From positions 1 through 52,156 of the forward strand of contig DATEQI010000307.1 of NCBI GenBank assembly GCA_035272805.1: a stretch of 52,156 nt of DNA, written 5' to 3'. Origin of the DNA: Alphaproteobacteria bacterium. Lineage in GTDB: Bacteria > Pseudomonadota > Alphaproteobacteria > JACZXZ01. The notes beneath the pieces were generated by a model. It saw only the letters and a list, made by a program, of their open reading frames with translations, had not been told where the DNA came from and ran no database searches. Every line of letters begins with the position of its first letter. The stretch's first letter is position 1. The position numbers and the translations under genes are program-made. This document shows positions 36,600 through 45,883 of the stretch, piece after piece.

Positions 36600-37766
36600 C
36601 TAGAGCGCCGCCGGATCCGTGATGCCGCGGGCGTCCCTTCCATATGACGCCGGGGCCTTCAGTGCCAGGGATATGCGGGTAGGATAGCATGGGCCGAGTT
36701 GACGAAGTGCCGCGCGGAAATAGTTGCCGCGCGGCTGCGCATCTTCGCTCTCGCTCATCGCGGCGAGCGACGTCCACGGCACGCTCGGATAGCGGTGGTG
36801 GGTGAGGTGGAGATGCTGATTCATCACCAGCGGCCGGAACGCCAGCGGCAACGAGTAATTCCGAGCACGCTCTGGTTCGTCGAGCGAGACGGCGTGATGC
36901 GCGACGTTGTCCGCAAGTGAGTGCCACACGCCGCGCACGTACATTGCGGCCAACAGCATCGGCCACCATGCGCCATAGATCCACGCGCTCGCACCGTACA
37001 ACGCCAGCGTCATCGCGAACTCGCGCCGTGTCCGCCGCCGCTTGGGCACATTCAGCACCAGCGATACAAACGTACGCCGCACGTTGGTATCGCCTTCCTC
37101 GTCGATCGGGATTGCGTTTTCCATCAGGCGCACGCCGAGTGACACGGGCACGAACGCGATCAGCGACGAAGCCAGCAATCCCAGGTAAACGCCACCGAAG
37201 AGCCTTCCGCGATAGCGCAGCCAGGCAAGCGCATAGGCGCCGCGGCCGTCGTACACATCGGGCCGGTCGTAACCGTGCCGCGAAAACCGGTGATGAACCA
37301 AGTGGCAGACGCGCGTGGCGTCGAAAGGCAAGCCGTGCGTGACACTCAGAAGGCGCGCGCAAAATTCGTTGATGCGGCGTTTCGGAAGCAGGCGGGAATG
37401 GATGGCTTCGTGAATCAAGCCCCAGTGAAGCGGTTGGAGCAGCATGATCGGGAATAGGACCCAACCCGCTCGCATTCCGAAACCGCGTAGCATAAACGGC
37501 ATGCCGAACAATTGAAAAAGCGTGCCGCCGAGCACGACGCAAATGAGAAAAAGGTTGAGCCGGTAATTCCCATTTGGTCGGCTTTCTGTGGCCGAGTTTG
37601 GCCGTTTTGCGGGGTTCTCGCGGGACTTCGGCTGGGTCTGAAGCGTGCGACCCGCCCCACGATGCCGGCGGGTGTCTACATAGGCGCTGGTAACCGCCTG
37701 AGCGGCGGCAACAGAGCACAGCTCTTCTGCCGTCGGCAGCCCGATCCGGGTCTCGGTGCCCATCAT
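36600..37766 (-). CDS. Membrane fatty-acid desaturase family protein (start uncertain; 5' extension abuts an IS relic)
   Basis: Three His boxes: HEAIH, HLVHHRF and HLTHHRYP. TM helices precede box 1. The first ~70 codons are low-complexity and directly adjoin the transposase fragment. Confidence 0.75.
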   Translation of the reverse strand: MMGTETRIGLPTAEELCSVAAAQAVTSAYVDTRRHRGAGRTLQTQPKSRENPAKRPNSATESRPNGNYRLNLFLICVVLGGTLFQLFGMPFMLRGFGMRAGWVLFPIMLLQPLHWGLIHEAIHSRLLPKRRINEFCARLLSVTHGLPFDATRVCHLVHHRFSRHGYDRPDVYDGRGAYALAWLRYRGRLFGGVYLGLLASSLIAFVPVSLGVRLMENAIPIDEEGDTNVRRTFVSLVLNVPKRRRTRREFAMTLALYGASAWIYGAWWPMLLAAMYVRGVWHSLADNVAHHAVSLDEPERARNYSLPLAFRPLVMNQHLHLTHHRYPSVPWTSLAAMSESEDAQPRGNYFRAALRQLGPCYPTRISLALKAPASYGRDARGITDPAAL

Positions 37767-38178
37767 GCCGGCACAGGCGGCGACCGCAATTGGGCAATCA
37801 GCGTGAGGATGTCAGCGAACAGCTGTCGCGGCACCATGACCTCTGCCGTCTGGAGGGTGATTGTCCGGCCATGGTGGACCTTGGCGCCGATCTTTGCCAG
37901 CCTGTCGCGCAGCGTGATCATGGACGACTGTACCAGCTATGCCGGCCGCAGCGCCAGTGTGCGAACGAGGTTGGCGGACGTGGTGGAAGGCTTGTGCCAG
38001 AAAATCGGGATACAGGGCCGCCGACGCCGCGCCGTGGAGGGCGCGCTCGATGAGGGGGATCGAGACGAACTCGGCGCGGACGCCGGCGGTTTCAGTGATG
38101 AGCTCATCGTAGAAGGTTATGGGCTGGACTCCAGCTTGAGGTGCCTCTTGTCCTGCGCATGTCCTGCGCATAGCCAGG
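37763..38178 (-). mobile_element. Second IS1380-family transposase C-terminal fragment (degenerate)
   Basis: The minus strand reads ...FLAQAFHHVANLVRTLALRPA*LVQSSMITLRDRLAKIGAKVHHGRTITLQTAEVMVPRQLFADILTLIAQLRSPPVPA*. It is collinear with the C-terminus of the relic at 26380-27097 and has an in-frame stop. The upstream limit is uncertain. Confidence 0.5.
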
Positions 38179-38259
38179 ATCATCAGGGAATAACCTTGCA
38201 AAAGTCTGACGTCCGGCCGGCCTGCCCGGCGAATGCGACACGATCGTGGCGCAGGCTTG
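38179..38259. repeat. Left copy of an ~81-bp inverted repeat
   Basis: ATCATCAGGGAATAACCTTGCAAAAGTCTGACGTCCGGCCGGCCTGCCCGGCGAATGCGACACGATCGTGGCGCAGGCTTG. The central ~70 bp differ at about 3 positions from the reverse complement of 40133-40213, and the outer end diverges more. Confidence 0.85.
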
Positions 38260-38429
38260 CCGGCGACCGTCGCCGCCTCATGCCATCAGAAGGAGGCGGC
38301 AGCCTTCGCGCCCCGCCCGCAATGACCTCTCCTTTGCTTGCTCGGCGATGCCGACCTGCTTCCCTGGCGAAAGTCGGCGCCGTCCACTCCGGCGTGTGTT
38401 ACGAGAGATTGCACAATGCGAAGTGAAAA

Positions 38430-39254
38430 CTATTGGTCCGTCGAATTCGGGCTGGGTGCCTCCGGGTTGTCGAGTCTCGGTATGTCCGGCCCATTGAATT
38501 TGACATCGACCCGTCCTCGGTAAGACGCTTCCGGCGATTTACCCTCCGCGACGAGGGCTTGACGGCGCTGGATGTAGACGCTGCGGAGCGTGGCGTAATA
38601 GTCGACCGAAGTGCTCTCGAGCGCATCGAGCGTGCCGAGATAGTCGGTGCGGGTGTCGAGCATCTTGCCGGCGGAGATGCCGGCCTCGGCGAAGGTGATG
38701 GCGGGCGAGCCGCCGGCCAGGAAGAATGGATTGACGACGAAGCCGATGAGCGTGCCCACGGCGTCGCGCGCGTCCGAGGGCCCGAGGAGCGGCAGTTCGA
38801 CGTACGGTCCTTCCCCGATGCCCCAAACGCCCAGGGTCTGGCCGAAATCAGCGTCGTGATGGCGCAAGTCCCAATCCGACGCCACGTCGAAGACGCCGAC
38901 GCCGCCGATCGTGGTGTTGACGGCAAAGCGCTGGACTGCGACCAAGGCCCGGCCGAAATTGCCCTGGAGCGCGTCGTTCAGTCCGATCACCGGTTCGCCA
39001 AGGTTCGACAAGGAATTATGGATGGCGTGGCGGACGCCGTCGGGCAGATTGTCCCGATAAGCCTCCGCCACCGGCTTCGCGACAGTGCGGTCGACGAACC
39101 GGTTGGCGTCGAAGATGGTCCGGTTCGCCGGCTCGATCGGGTCGCTGACACCGGAGGGCTGCGCATCGGCGTCGGCATCAATTGGAGGGCTCACGCAGGC
39201 GGCAATGGAGAGCGAAACTGCGATGGCAAGCGTTGCGCTGGGGATCTTGGCCAT
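38430..39254 (-). CDS. mlaA: MlaA/VacJ-family lipoprotein (second paralogue)
   Basis: Lipobox SLSIAAC. SDPIEPANRTIFDANRFVDRTVAKPVAEAYR and DFGQTLGVWG blocks are collinear with 27927-28934. Confidence 0.8.
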   Translation of the reverse strand: MAKIPSATLAIAVSLSIAACVSPPIDADADAQPSGVSDPIEPANRTIFDANRFVDRTVAKPVAEAYRDNLPDGVRHAIHNSLSNLGEPVIGLNDALQGNFGRALVAVQRFAVNTTIGGVGVFDVASDWDLRHHDADFGQTLGVWGIGEGPYVELPLLGPSDARDAVGTLIGFVVNPFFLAGGSPAITFAEAGISAGKMLDTRTDYLGTLDALESTSVDYYATLRSVYIQRRQALVAEGKSPEASYRGRVDVKFNGPDIPRLDNPEAPSPNSTDQ

Positions 39255-39409
39255 TTCTACCTCATGTCATTCATGTCCCGGCATCGCCGGCACTCGCGGG
39301 CGCCGGGTCTGCCGTCGCCACTTCGCTCGACCCGATATGAAATATTGAATTTCATCCAAAAATCGCACAACACGCGCGGCACATTCGAACGTCATTAGGG
39401 AAATGCGGG

Positions 39410-39976
39410 CTAAAACTTCGGACGCGCCAGCTCGCAATGACCATGCTGAACCACGCTATGCCGTTTGTCTCCTTGAACGTGCCAAACCTCGAGATCGCCG
39501 GTTACACGGTCCGCGAGCACGGTGACCAGCACCTGTCTTGGTTCCTTGGAGAGTTCGACCTGGCGCGCGCAGGTCGTGGAACCGATGACGTCCTCAAGTA
39601 CAGGATCGTTCTGGACGCTGCTGGCGATCTGAGCCCTTGCAGCGACGCAGGCGTCGATCGCGGAAGGAAGCGGCATTCTGACCTTCTCATGGCCCTCGGC
39701 GGATATGAGCCCGTCGCTCTCGTCAATCACGGTGGTTTCCAACCCTTCCCAACCCGGTCTAGCCAGCCATTTCAATTTCGTTCTATTCAGCCAGCCGATC
39801 GGCCAGATCGAATAGCCCGGCTCGATCACGAAAATTTCTTTCACGTCCGCGCCGCCGGTTTGCTGCCATTTTTCCAGCGTGCACGCGAGAAAGATCGACT
39901 CCGCCGCAAGACACGTTTCCGGGGCTCCGGCAATCGCAAAAAATACCACAAGAATTGTCGTGAACCTTGCCACCAC
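39410..39976 (-). CDS. Hypothetical secreted protein
   Basis: 188 aa with signal peptide MVARFTTILVVFFAIAGAPETCLA. No recognisable motif. Same strand and cassette as mlaA2. Confidence 0.5.
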   Translation of the reverse strand: MVARFTTILVVFFAIAGAPETCLAAESIFLACTLEKWQQTGGADVKEIFVIEPGYSIWPIGWLNRTKLKWLARPGWEGLETTVIDESDGLISAEGHEKVRMPLPSAIDACVAARAQIASSVQNDPVLEDVIGSTTCARQVELSKEPRQVLVTVLADRVTGDLEVWHVQGDKRHSVVQHGHCELARPKF

Positions 39977-40132
39977 GATCTACATCTCCCTTCCGCCGAA
40001 GCAGCCAGTACGGGACCCGGCAAGCGGGGTCGAATAAATTTCCCCGGGTCGATCTTGGCTGCGTTACCTTGCGCGAGCCTGACAACAAGCTCACAGGATG
40101 GGACGGGTCGCTCAGGAGCGGACAATCGGCAT

Positions 40133-40213
40133 CAAGCCTGCGCCACGATCGTGGCGCATTCGCCGGGCATGCCGGCCGGACGTCAGGCTTTTGCAAGGTT
40201 TGCCCCTGATGAT
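40133..40213. repeat. Right copy of the ~81-bp inverted repeat
   Basis: Reverse complement matches 38179-38259. Contains the perfect 16-bp palindrome CGCCACGATCGTGGCG. Confidence 0.85.
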
Positions 40214-40459
40214 GCGGAAGGACTTTCGATCCGAATCAAGGCCCGCCAATTGCGTGGCGATGTATGAGGTATTGTGCTAGATGTCAGAGGGTGAGAGGGA
40301 GGTACTCCGTGGGTTTGCCAAGACTCACAAGGAGCACGCCCCGATGCCGCAAGCAGCGACGATTACCCCCTTGTCCCTGGCAGAAACCCTTTCACGTTAG
40401 CCAATTGCGCGACCTCGATCATGTCCACTTGGCGTCGTCGCTTTAACTCATCAAACATC

Positions 40460-41134
40460 ATGCGCGTGCTCCTAATCGAAGATAACGAGAAACTCGCGAA
40501 ATTCACCGTCAAGGGCCTCGAGGCCGCCGGCTTCACGGCCGATTGGCTCGCGAATGGAACTGACGCGGAGAACGCGCTCAGTGACGTATCTTACGATGCG
40601 GCGATACTGGATCTGGGCCTTCCTGACATGGATGGCATGACGCTGATTGCCAAAGTCCGGCGGCGCGCGAATAACGTCCCGATCCTTGTGCTGACCGCAC
40701 GTGACGGAACAGGCGATCGCGTCACCGGGCTCAACGCGGGAGCGGATGACTATTTGCTGAAGCCATTCGCGATGGAGGAACTCGTCGCCCGCATCCACGC
40801 CATACTCCGACGTCCCTCCGATGCGCTCGATATAACGCTGGTCACGGGAAACATGATTCTCGATAGTACGAGGCGGGAGTTCCGCATCGATCAGCACGTT
40901 GTTCCGCTTTCGCGTCGTGAATTCATGGTGATGGAACACCTGATGCGACGTGTGGGCAAAGTGGTCCCCAAAACCGCAATCGAGGAGAAGACCTATGGCT
41001 TCGACGAGGAGGTTTCGCCGAATGCGGTCGAGGTGATCGTGTCTCGTCTGCGCAAGCGCCTTCGCGATTCGAATGCCAGCCAGGAAATTCTGACCTTTCG
41101 CGGGGTCGGATACATGCTCAAGGGCCTCGAGTAA
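40460..41134 (+). CDS. OmpR/PhoB-family response regulator
   Basis: MRVLLIEDNEKLA, AAILDLGLPDMDG, LVLTARD, DDYLLKPF, and a C-terminal winged helix (REFMVMEHLMRR...VEVIVSRLRKRL). Confidence 0.9.
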   Translation: MRVLLIEDNEKLAKFTVKGLEAAGFTADWLANGTDAENALSDVSYDAAILDLGLPDMDGMTLIAKVRRRANNVPILVLTARDGTGDRVTGLNAGADDYLLKPFAMEELVARIHAILRRPSDALDITLVTGNMILDSTRREFRIDQHVVPLSRREFMVMEHLMRRVGKVVPKTAIEEKTYGFDEEVSPNAVEVIVSRLRKRLRDSNASQEILTFRGVGYMLKGLE

Positions 41135-42564
41135 TGACGGTCCGCACCCCCTCATTGCTGCTGCGCATCTCGATTCGCCTGATGTTCGTGACGATTGCGG
41201 CGGCGATCATTTCGTATGCCTGGCTGTTCTACGAAATCAGATACGCCGCCGACAACGTCGCGGAGGGGAGCTTGATTACGCAAGCGCTGGAGGTCATGAG
41301 CAGCATCTTCCCGAGCAACGGCAGCGTGAGATTCAGTCTACCGGCGGAACTGAGCGGCTCGACCAGCGAGGCGGAGGGTCGTTTTCGCTATTCGGTGCGG
41401 GATGAGCTGGGAAATACGCTTTTTCAATCGAGCTGGCCGACAGCGGCGCGCGACAAGATTCGCATCCTCGACACGAAAAATCAACTCTATCAAGTGCACC
41501 ACCAGGAGCCGCAGCGCGAGAGCTTCTTCGGAGCGGTGGTTCGAACCAACATTGGCGGCCGTGTTCTTGTCGTCCAGGTCGAGCGCAACAGCCGGCACAT
41601 CGAGACGCTGATGGACACGATCCTGGTCGAATTTTTCGTTCATGGCGGCTGGCTCGGAATACCGTTCTTGCTGGCTCTTACGCTGATCAGCATCTGGACG
41701 ATCCGGGGTGCGATCGCGCCTCTGAACGAACTTTCGCGGCAGGCCGAATCGATCGGCCCGGGAACCACAGATCTTCGTCTTGCCGTGCAAGGCGTGCCAC
41801 GAGAAATCGTTCCGCTTGTGGGAGCGATCAATTCGGCGCTCGACCGCCTCGAGAAGGGCTTCTCCGCGCAGCAGGAACTCACTGCCGACGCCGCGCACGA
41901 GCTCAGAACGCCGCTCGCGGTGCTGCGTGCGCACATCGACACGTTGCCGGACCAGCAGCTTGTCGCCTCGTTGCGCGAAGACGCCGAATGTATGGAGCGC
42001 GTCGTTTCCCAGTTGCTTAGGGTTGCGCGGCTCGACGCGTTGTCGGTGGGCTCCGGCGAAATAGCCGATTTGAATGAGATTGCCGTTACTGTCGCGAGCT
42101 TCATGATTCCCTTGGCTTTGAAGGAGAACAAAGCGATCGAAGTGGCCGCCCTTGAAGTACCGTGTTTCGTGCATGGTAACCGCGAATCCATCTTTCAGGC
42201 AGTTCGCAACCTGGTGGAGAATGCGCTGCAACATATGGACCCGGGCAAGACGGTCGAGTTAGCCGTCGAAATGGCAGGCATCCTCAAGGTCATCGACCAT
42301 GGTAAGGGTATCCCGGTGAAGCTGCGCGATCAGGTTTTCAAGCGCTTCTGGCGCTCCGACCGTTCGGGCGTCGGCTCCGGCCTTGGTCTCGCGATCGTCA
42401 AGCGGACGATGGAGGTTCACGGCGGTTCGGTGTCGATTTCCGACACGCCCGGTGGTGGTGCCACATTCACTCTGCGCTTCTTGCCCCCGGCTGGCGCCGA
42501 AGCTGCGCGAGTTGTGCCGCTACCGCTCTACCGACGAGGACGGCCGGAGCGAGCCGCTGAATGA
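41134..42564 (+). CDS. Sensor histidine kinase (two TM, HAMP, HisKA, HATPase_c; QseC/PhoQ-like)
   Basis: H-box ADAAHELRTPLAVL, N-box VRNLVENALQH, G-boxes DHGKGI and GSGLGLAIV. TAATG overlap with the regulator gene. Confidence 0.88.
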   Translation: MTVRTPSLLLRISIRLMFVTIAAAIISYAWLFYEIRYAADNVAEGSLITQALEVMSSIFPSNGSVRFSLPAELSGSTSEAEGRFRYSVRDELGNTLFQSSWPTAARDKIRILDTKNQLYQVHHQEPQRESFFGAVVRTNIGGRVLVVQVERNSRHIETLMDTILVEFFVHGGWLGIPFLLALTLISIWTIRGAIAPLNELSRQAESIGPGTTDLRLAVQGVPREIVPLVGAINSALDRLEKGFSAQQELTADAAHELRTPLAVLRAHIDTLPDQQLVASLREDAECMERVVSQLLRVARLDALSVGSGEIADLNEIAVTVASFMIPLALKENKAIEVAALEVPCFVHGNRESIFQAVRNLVENALQHMDPGKTVELAVEMAGILKVIDHGKGIPVKLRDQVFKRFWRSDRSGVGSGLGLAIVKRTMEVHGGSVSISDTPGGGATFTLRFLPPAGAEAARVVPLPLYRRGRPERAAE

Positions 42565-42592
42565 GGACGAAAATCGGCGGTGGCGCTTGGAC

Positions 42593-43486
42593 TCATTCCT
42601 CGAACTGAAGATGGATGCCGCGCCCACTGAGCTCGGCGAGTTGGCCCGTGACCGTGCCGAATTCCGTGCTGAACTCCATCTCAACCGGGACCATCAGGTC
42701 GCCTGGCAGCAGCCGGGCGTACCAGAGCTTGCCCTCATAGGCTCCCTCGGATCGGCCGTTGCCGTCCGCAAAGCCGGCGATTGCCTGGCGCCGCATGCGG
42801 CAGACTTGGGTCGCACCGACGTCGTTGCGTTCTGCGAACGCCCGGGGGACCTCAGGTGCCGCATCGGTGAAGTAGAGGTCGTAGCGACGACGCCCGTCGT
42901 ACACGGCAACAACGAGCGCGCATGAGCCGCGATAGGCGAGGCGCCGCTCAACCAGAAAAAAAGCGGTCAGCTGATCGACGGTGCCGCGCATCAGGGTCGG
43001 AGTGACCGGCATGCGATTTTCGACCGGTGGCATCGACTCGCCGGCTACCGTGCCGTCGGCGGCGTAGTCGACCCGGTTACGGCTTTCGACCCCGTTACGA
43101 TGCACCTCGCCGCGATAGGCCTCCGGGCGTGGATCATCGATGGTAAGCCGGCCAAGCACCTCGGAGTGGCTCGTCAGATCGACGAATACGGCGGCGATGC
43201 CCCGGCTCTCGACGTCCGTCGTGATCGCATATTGATCGGCGGTTTCCTCGACCGCGGTGCGGTTGGTCGCGACGTGGAGGCCGGCGACGCCAAACATCTC
43301 GTAGCGCAAATCGATGCGCTCGGGGTCGGCCGCCCGGGCGGCGGTCAGAGCGAGCAGCAAAAATCCCGCGCTCGGCGCGGCAGCGTAAAAGCAACAAACC
43401 AGGTGCCTAAACCATGCCTTCCATGGTGCGATTTTTCCCGGCAGCGGCTGCTGCGTCAGCTCCGCGGCATTCGTCCAGTTACGCAT
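42593..43486 (-). CDS. DUF3108-like secreted protein
   Basis: 297 aa. Hydrophobic leader CCFYAAAPSAGFLLLALTAARA, then the LRYEMFGVAGLHVATN... beta-rich body typical of DUF3108. The start overlaps the flavoprotein stop by 8 nt. Confidence 0.65.
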   Translation of the reverse strand: MRNWTNAAELTQQPLPGKIAPWKAWFRHLVCCFYAAAPSAGFLLLALTAARAADPERIDLRYEMFGVAGLHVATNRTAVEETADQYAITTDVESRGIAAVFVDLTSHSEVLGRLTIDDPRPEAYRGEVHRNGVESRNRVDYAADGTVAGESMPPVENRMPVTPTLMRGTVDQLTAFFLVERRLAYRGSCALVVAVYDGRRRYDLYFTDAAPEVPRAFAERNDVGATQVCRMRRQAIAGFADGNGRSEGAYEGKLWYARLLPGDLMVPVEMEFSTEFGTVTGQLAELSGRGIHLQFEE

Positions 43487-44627
43487 TTCGGTCTAAGGCC
43501 GTTCCTGATGCGAGCAGCCGCAAGGCGAAGCCGAGGACGTCAAGTGACGCTTCCGCAGGACGAAGCGCGCCCACATGAAGGGCCAATAGGCGGCCGAAGG
43601 TGCGAGGCCGCGTCGCCAGCGTCCGCAACGCGCGCCGCCGCAAGCCGTCGTTGGCGTCCATTAGGAGCAATATGCGCGCCATCAACCGCGGCATCCGGCC
43701 CATCCGGCGATGCATAGTCTCGTATGTAGCAAGATCTCCGGCAGCGAGGGCCGCACCCAGAAGAGCTGCTTGGCGAAATGCGAGCGCGAGCCCGTCGCCC
43801 GTAACGGCGTCGACCGACCCGGATGCATCTCCTACCAACGCGATCCGGCCACGAGTTACGGCGGACAATTTGACCGACATCGAAATCGCGCCCCGCACCG
43901 ACCCCATCGGCTCGACGCCCCCAAGGCGCTTGGCGAGTCTCGGAAACAGGGCCGGCAGATTAGAAATGCGTGCTTCCTGCGCGCTGCCGATGATCGCTAT
44001 GCAAACTTCCTTTGGTCCTACCGGGGTGACATAGGCCTGGCAACGCGTGTGCCAGTGCACCTCGACAAAATCAGTCCATGGGCGTATGCGAAAGTGTTGG
44101 CGCAACCCGATCCGGCGCGCGCCATTCCAGGCCGGGTGCAACCCGGCCCATTGCCGGGCCCGGGAATGAATCCCGTCCGCGCCGACGATCCATTGGCAGC
44201 GCACCGTTCGGCCGCCGGCCTGCACCCCTGAAGAACTGAGGGCATCTATCCGCGTATTCCAACACGTCACGACGCCGGCGTCTTGCGCGCGCTCCATCAG
44301 GATTCGATGCAGCAGGGTACGGCGAATTCCCAGGCCGAAGCTATGGGGAAAGGACGCTTCAGCTTCGAGCTCGTTGTCCACAAAGCGTATACCGCGGAAG
44401 GGAAACCCGTGCTCGAGACCCAGCGCCACGCCGATCTGACGCAATGCCGCGACGCCGTCGGGCATCAAGCCTTCGCCGCAAGCCTTGTCGATCGGCGGTT
44501 GAGCCCTATCCGCAACGACAACGTCAAAGCCGCTCCGGCGAGCCGCCAGCGCGGCCGCGAGTCCGGCCGGGCCGCCGCCGATTATGAAAACCCCCGTTTC
44601 CGCGGGCGGCAGGCTCACGTTCACCAT
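43479..44627 (-). CDS. FAD-dependent oxidoreductase (geranylgeranyl-reductase / aromatic-ring hydroxylase-like)
   Basis: 382 aa from the ATG at 44627. Dinucleotide fold VFIIGGGPAGLAAALAARRSGFDVVVADR and a KACGEGL motif. The start overlaps the PKS stop (ATGGTGA). Confidence 0.82.
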   Translation of the reverse strand: MVNVSLPPAETGVFIIGGGPAGLAAALAARRSGFDVVVADRAQPPIDKACGEGLMPDGVAALRQIGVALGLEHGFPFRGIRFVDNELEAEASFPHSFGLGIRRTLLHRILMERAQDAGVVTCWNTRIDALSSSGVQAGGRTVRCQWIVGADGIHSRARQWAGLHPAWNGARRIGLRQHFRIRPWTDFVEVHWHTRCQAYVTPVGPKEVCIAIIGSAQEARISNLPALFPRLAKRLGGVEPMGSVRGAISMSVKLSAVTRGRIALVGDASGSVDAVTGDGLALAFRQAALLGAALAAGDLATYETMHRRMGRMPRLMARILLLMDANDGLRRRALRTLATRPRTFGRLLALHVGALRPAEASLDVLGFALRLLASGTALDRNA

Positions 44628-45796
44628 CGCACCAATATCATTTCCGAGCAGAAGCCCGGGCCCATGGCCAAGATCACGCCATAGGTCGCGGGTCCCGGTG
44701 GATGGTTCATCAGAACATCCTCCAGCACGACGAGAACCGAGGCGGAGGACAGATTCCCGAATCGCTTCAGGCAATCCCACGATCGCTCCAGATCGCGATC
44801 GCGCAGACCGAGGGTGTCCTGAATTGCCTCCAGCACTTTCGGACCACCCGTGTGGATCACCCAATTGCCGATATCGGCGCGACGGAGGTTGTATTTGCCG
44901 AGGAACGCGTCGACGTCTCCGGCCAGGTTTTCCCTGATCAAATCGGGCAAGCGCGGGGAAAGCACGATCTTGAAGCCGTTTTCGGAGATATCCCAACCCA
45001 TCACGTCTTCGGAGTCCGGGTAAAACACCGAGGCGCAACCCAGAATCTCCGGTCCCTCGCGCGCCGACGCACGCGTATCCGTCGACGAGTGCGCGGCCGC
45101 CCATGCGGAGCCCGCCACGATCGCCGCCGCCGCACCATCGCCGAAAAGTCCGGCTGCGATCACGTTTACCGTCGACACATCGTCGCGTCGGATCGTCAGA
45201 GAGCAGGTCTCGACGGCGAGGATCGCCGCGGTGTGCCCGGGATAGGCCCGCGTGTAGTCGGCCGCGCGGCTCAAACCAATGGCACCGCCCGCACAGCCAA
45301 CGCCGAAAATAGGCGTACGTTTGATATCCGGCCGCAAGCGCATGCGATTGATCAGCCGTGCATCGAGCGAGGGGCTTGCGATACCGGTTATCGAGACCAC
45401 GAACAGCGCATTCAGATCGTGCCGGGACATCCCGGCATTATCGAGAGCTTCATCGATCGCACGGATCCCCAGCTCCTGCGACACCTCGAACCAGGCATTA
45501 TTTGTCTCGCCCCATGACGTAAACTGCGCATATCGCTCCAATGGAAAGGCCAAATGGCGACATTCGACCCCTACACGCGAGTGGAGCCGCTCGAGCAGTT
45601 CCGCACTTTGCAGCTTGCCCCCCCAATAAGACTTAAGGGCCGCACTTATAGCCTCCTGCGAAAACCGATGCTCGGGCATCGCACTCGCTACACCGACTAT
45701 TCTCATTGCCGTTGCTCGCTTCCGTGGCCCGCATGCTTTTGGCGCCTCATCCGCATTGTCTCGATAAGCAAGCTCGGCATCCTCATGTCGCTTCAT
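44621..45796 (-). CDS. Type III polyketide synthase (chalcone/stilbene synthase family)
   Basis: Cys-His-Asn triad contexts GVGCAGGAIGL, VIHTGGPKVLE and FGNLSSASVL. AGGAGA lies 5 nt upstream of the ATG at 45796. Confidence 0.88.
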   Translation of the reverse strand: MKRHEDAELAYRDNADEAPKACGPRKRATAMRIVGVASAMPEHRFSQEAISAALKSYWGGKLQSAELLERLHSRVGVECRHLAFPLERYAQFTSWGETNNAWFEVSQELGIRAIDEALDNAGMSRHDLNALFVVSITGIASPSLDARLINRMRLRPDIKRTPIFGVGCAGGAIGLSRAADYTRAYPGHTAAILAVETCSLTIRRDDVSTVNVIAAGLFGDGAAAAIVAGSAWAAAHSSTDTRASAREGPEILGCASVFYPDSEDVMGWDISENGFKIVLSPRLPDLIRENLAGDVDAFLGKYNLRRADIGNWVIHTGGPKVLEAIQDTLGLRDRDLERSWDCLKRFGNLSSASVLVVLEDVLMNHPPGPATYGVILAMGPGFCSEMILVRW

Positions 45797-45883
45797 ATGA
45801 TCTCCTGCGAATTCCGGCGCCCTCGCCGCTTGTTGGCGAAGGCGCGAATACCGGCGGGACAGGTGTCGAATCGCCGCTTCCGG

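Noticed and set aside
36544-37797. The N-terminal ~418 codons of the 704-aa ORF at 35683-37797.
   Set aside because: Only the C-terminal SDR domain (from 36543) is coding-like. The remainder overlaps the desaturase gene in another frame and is Arg/Pro-rich.
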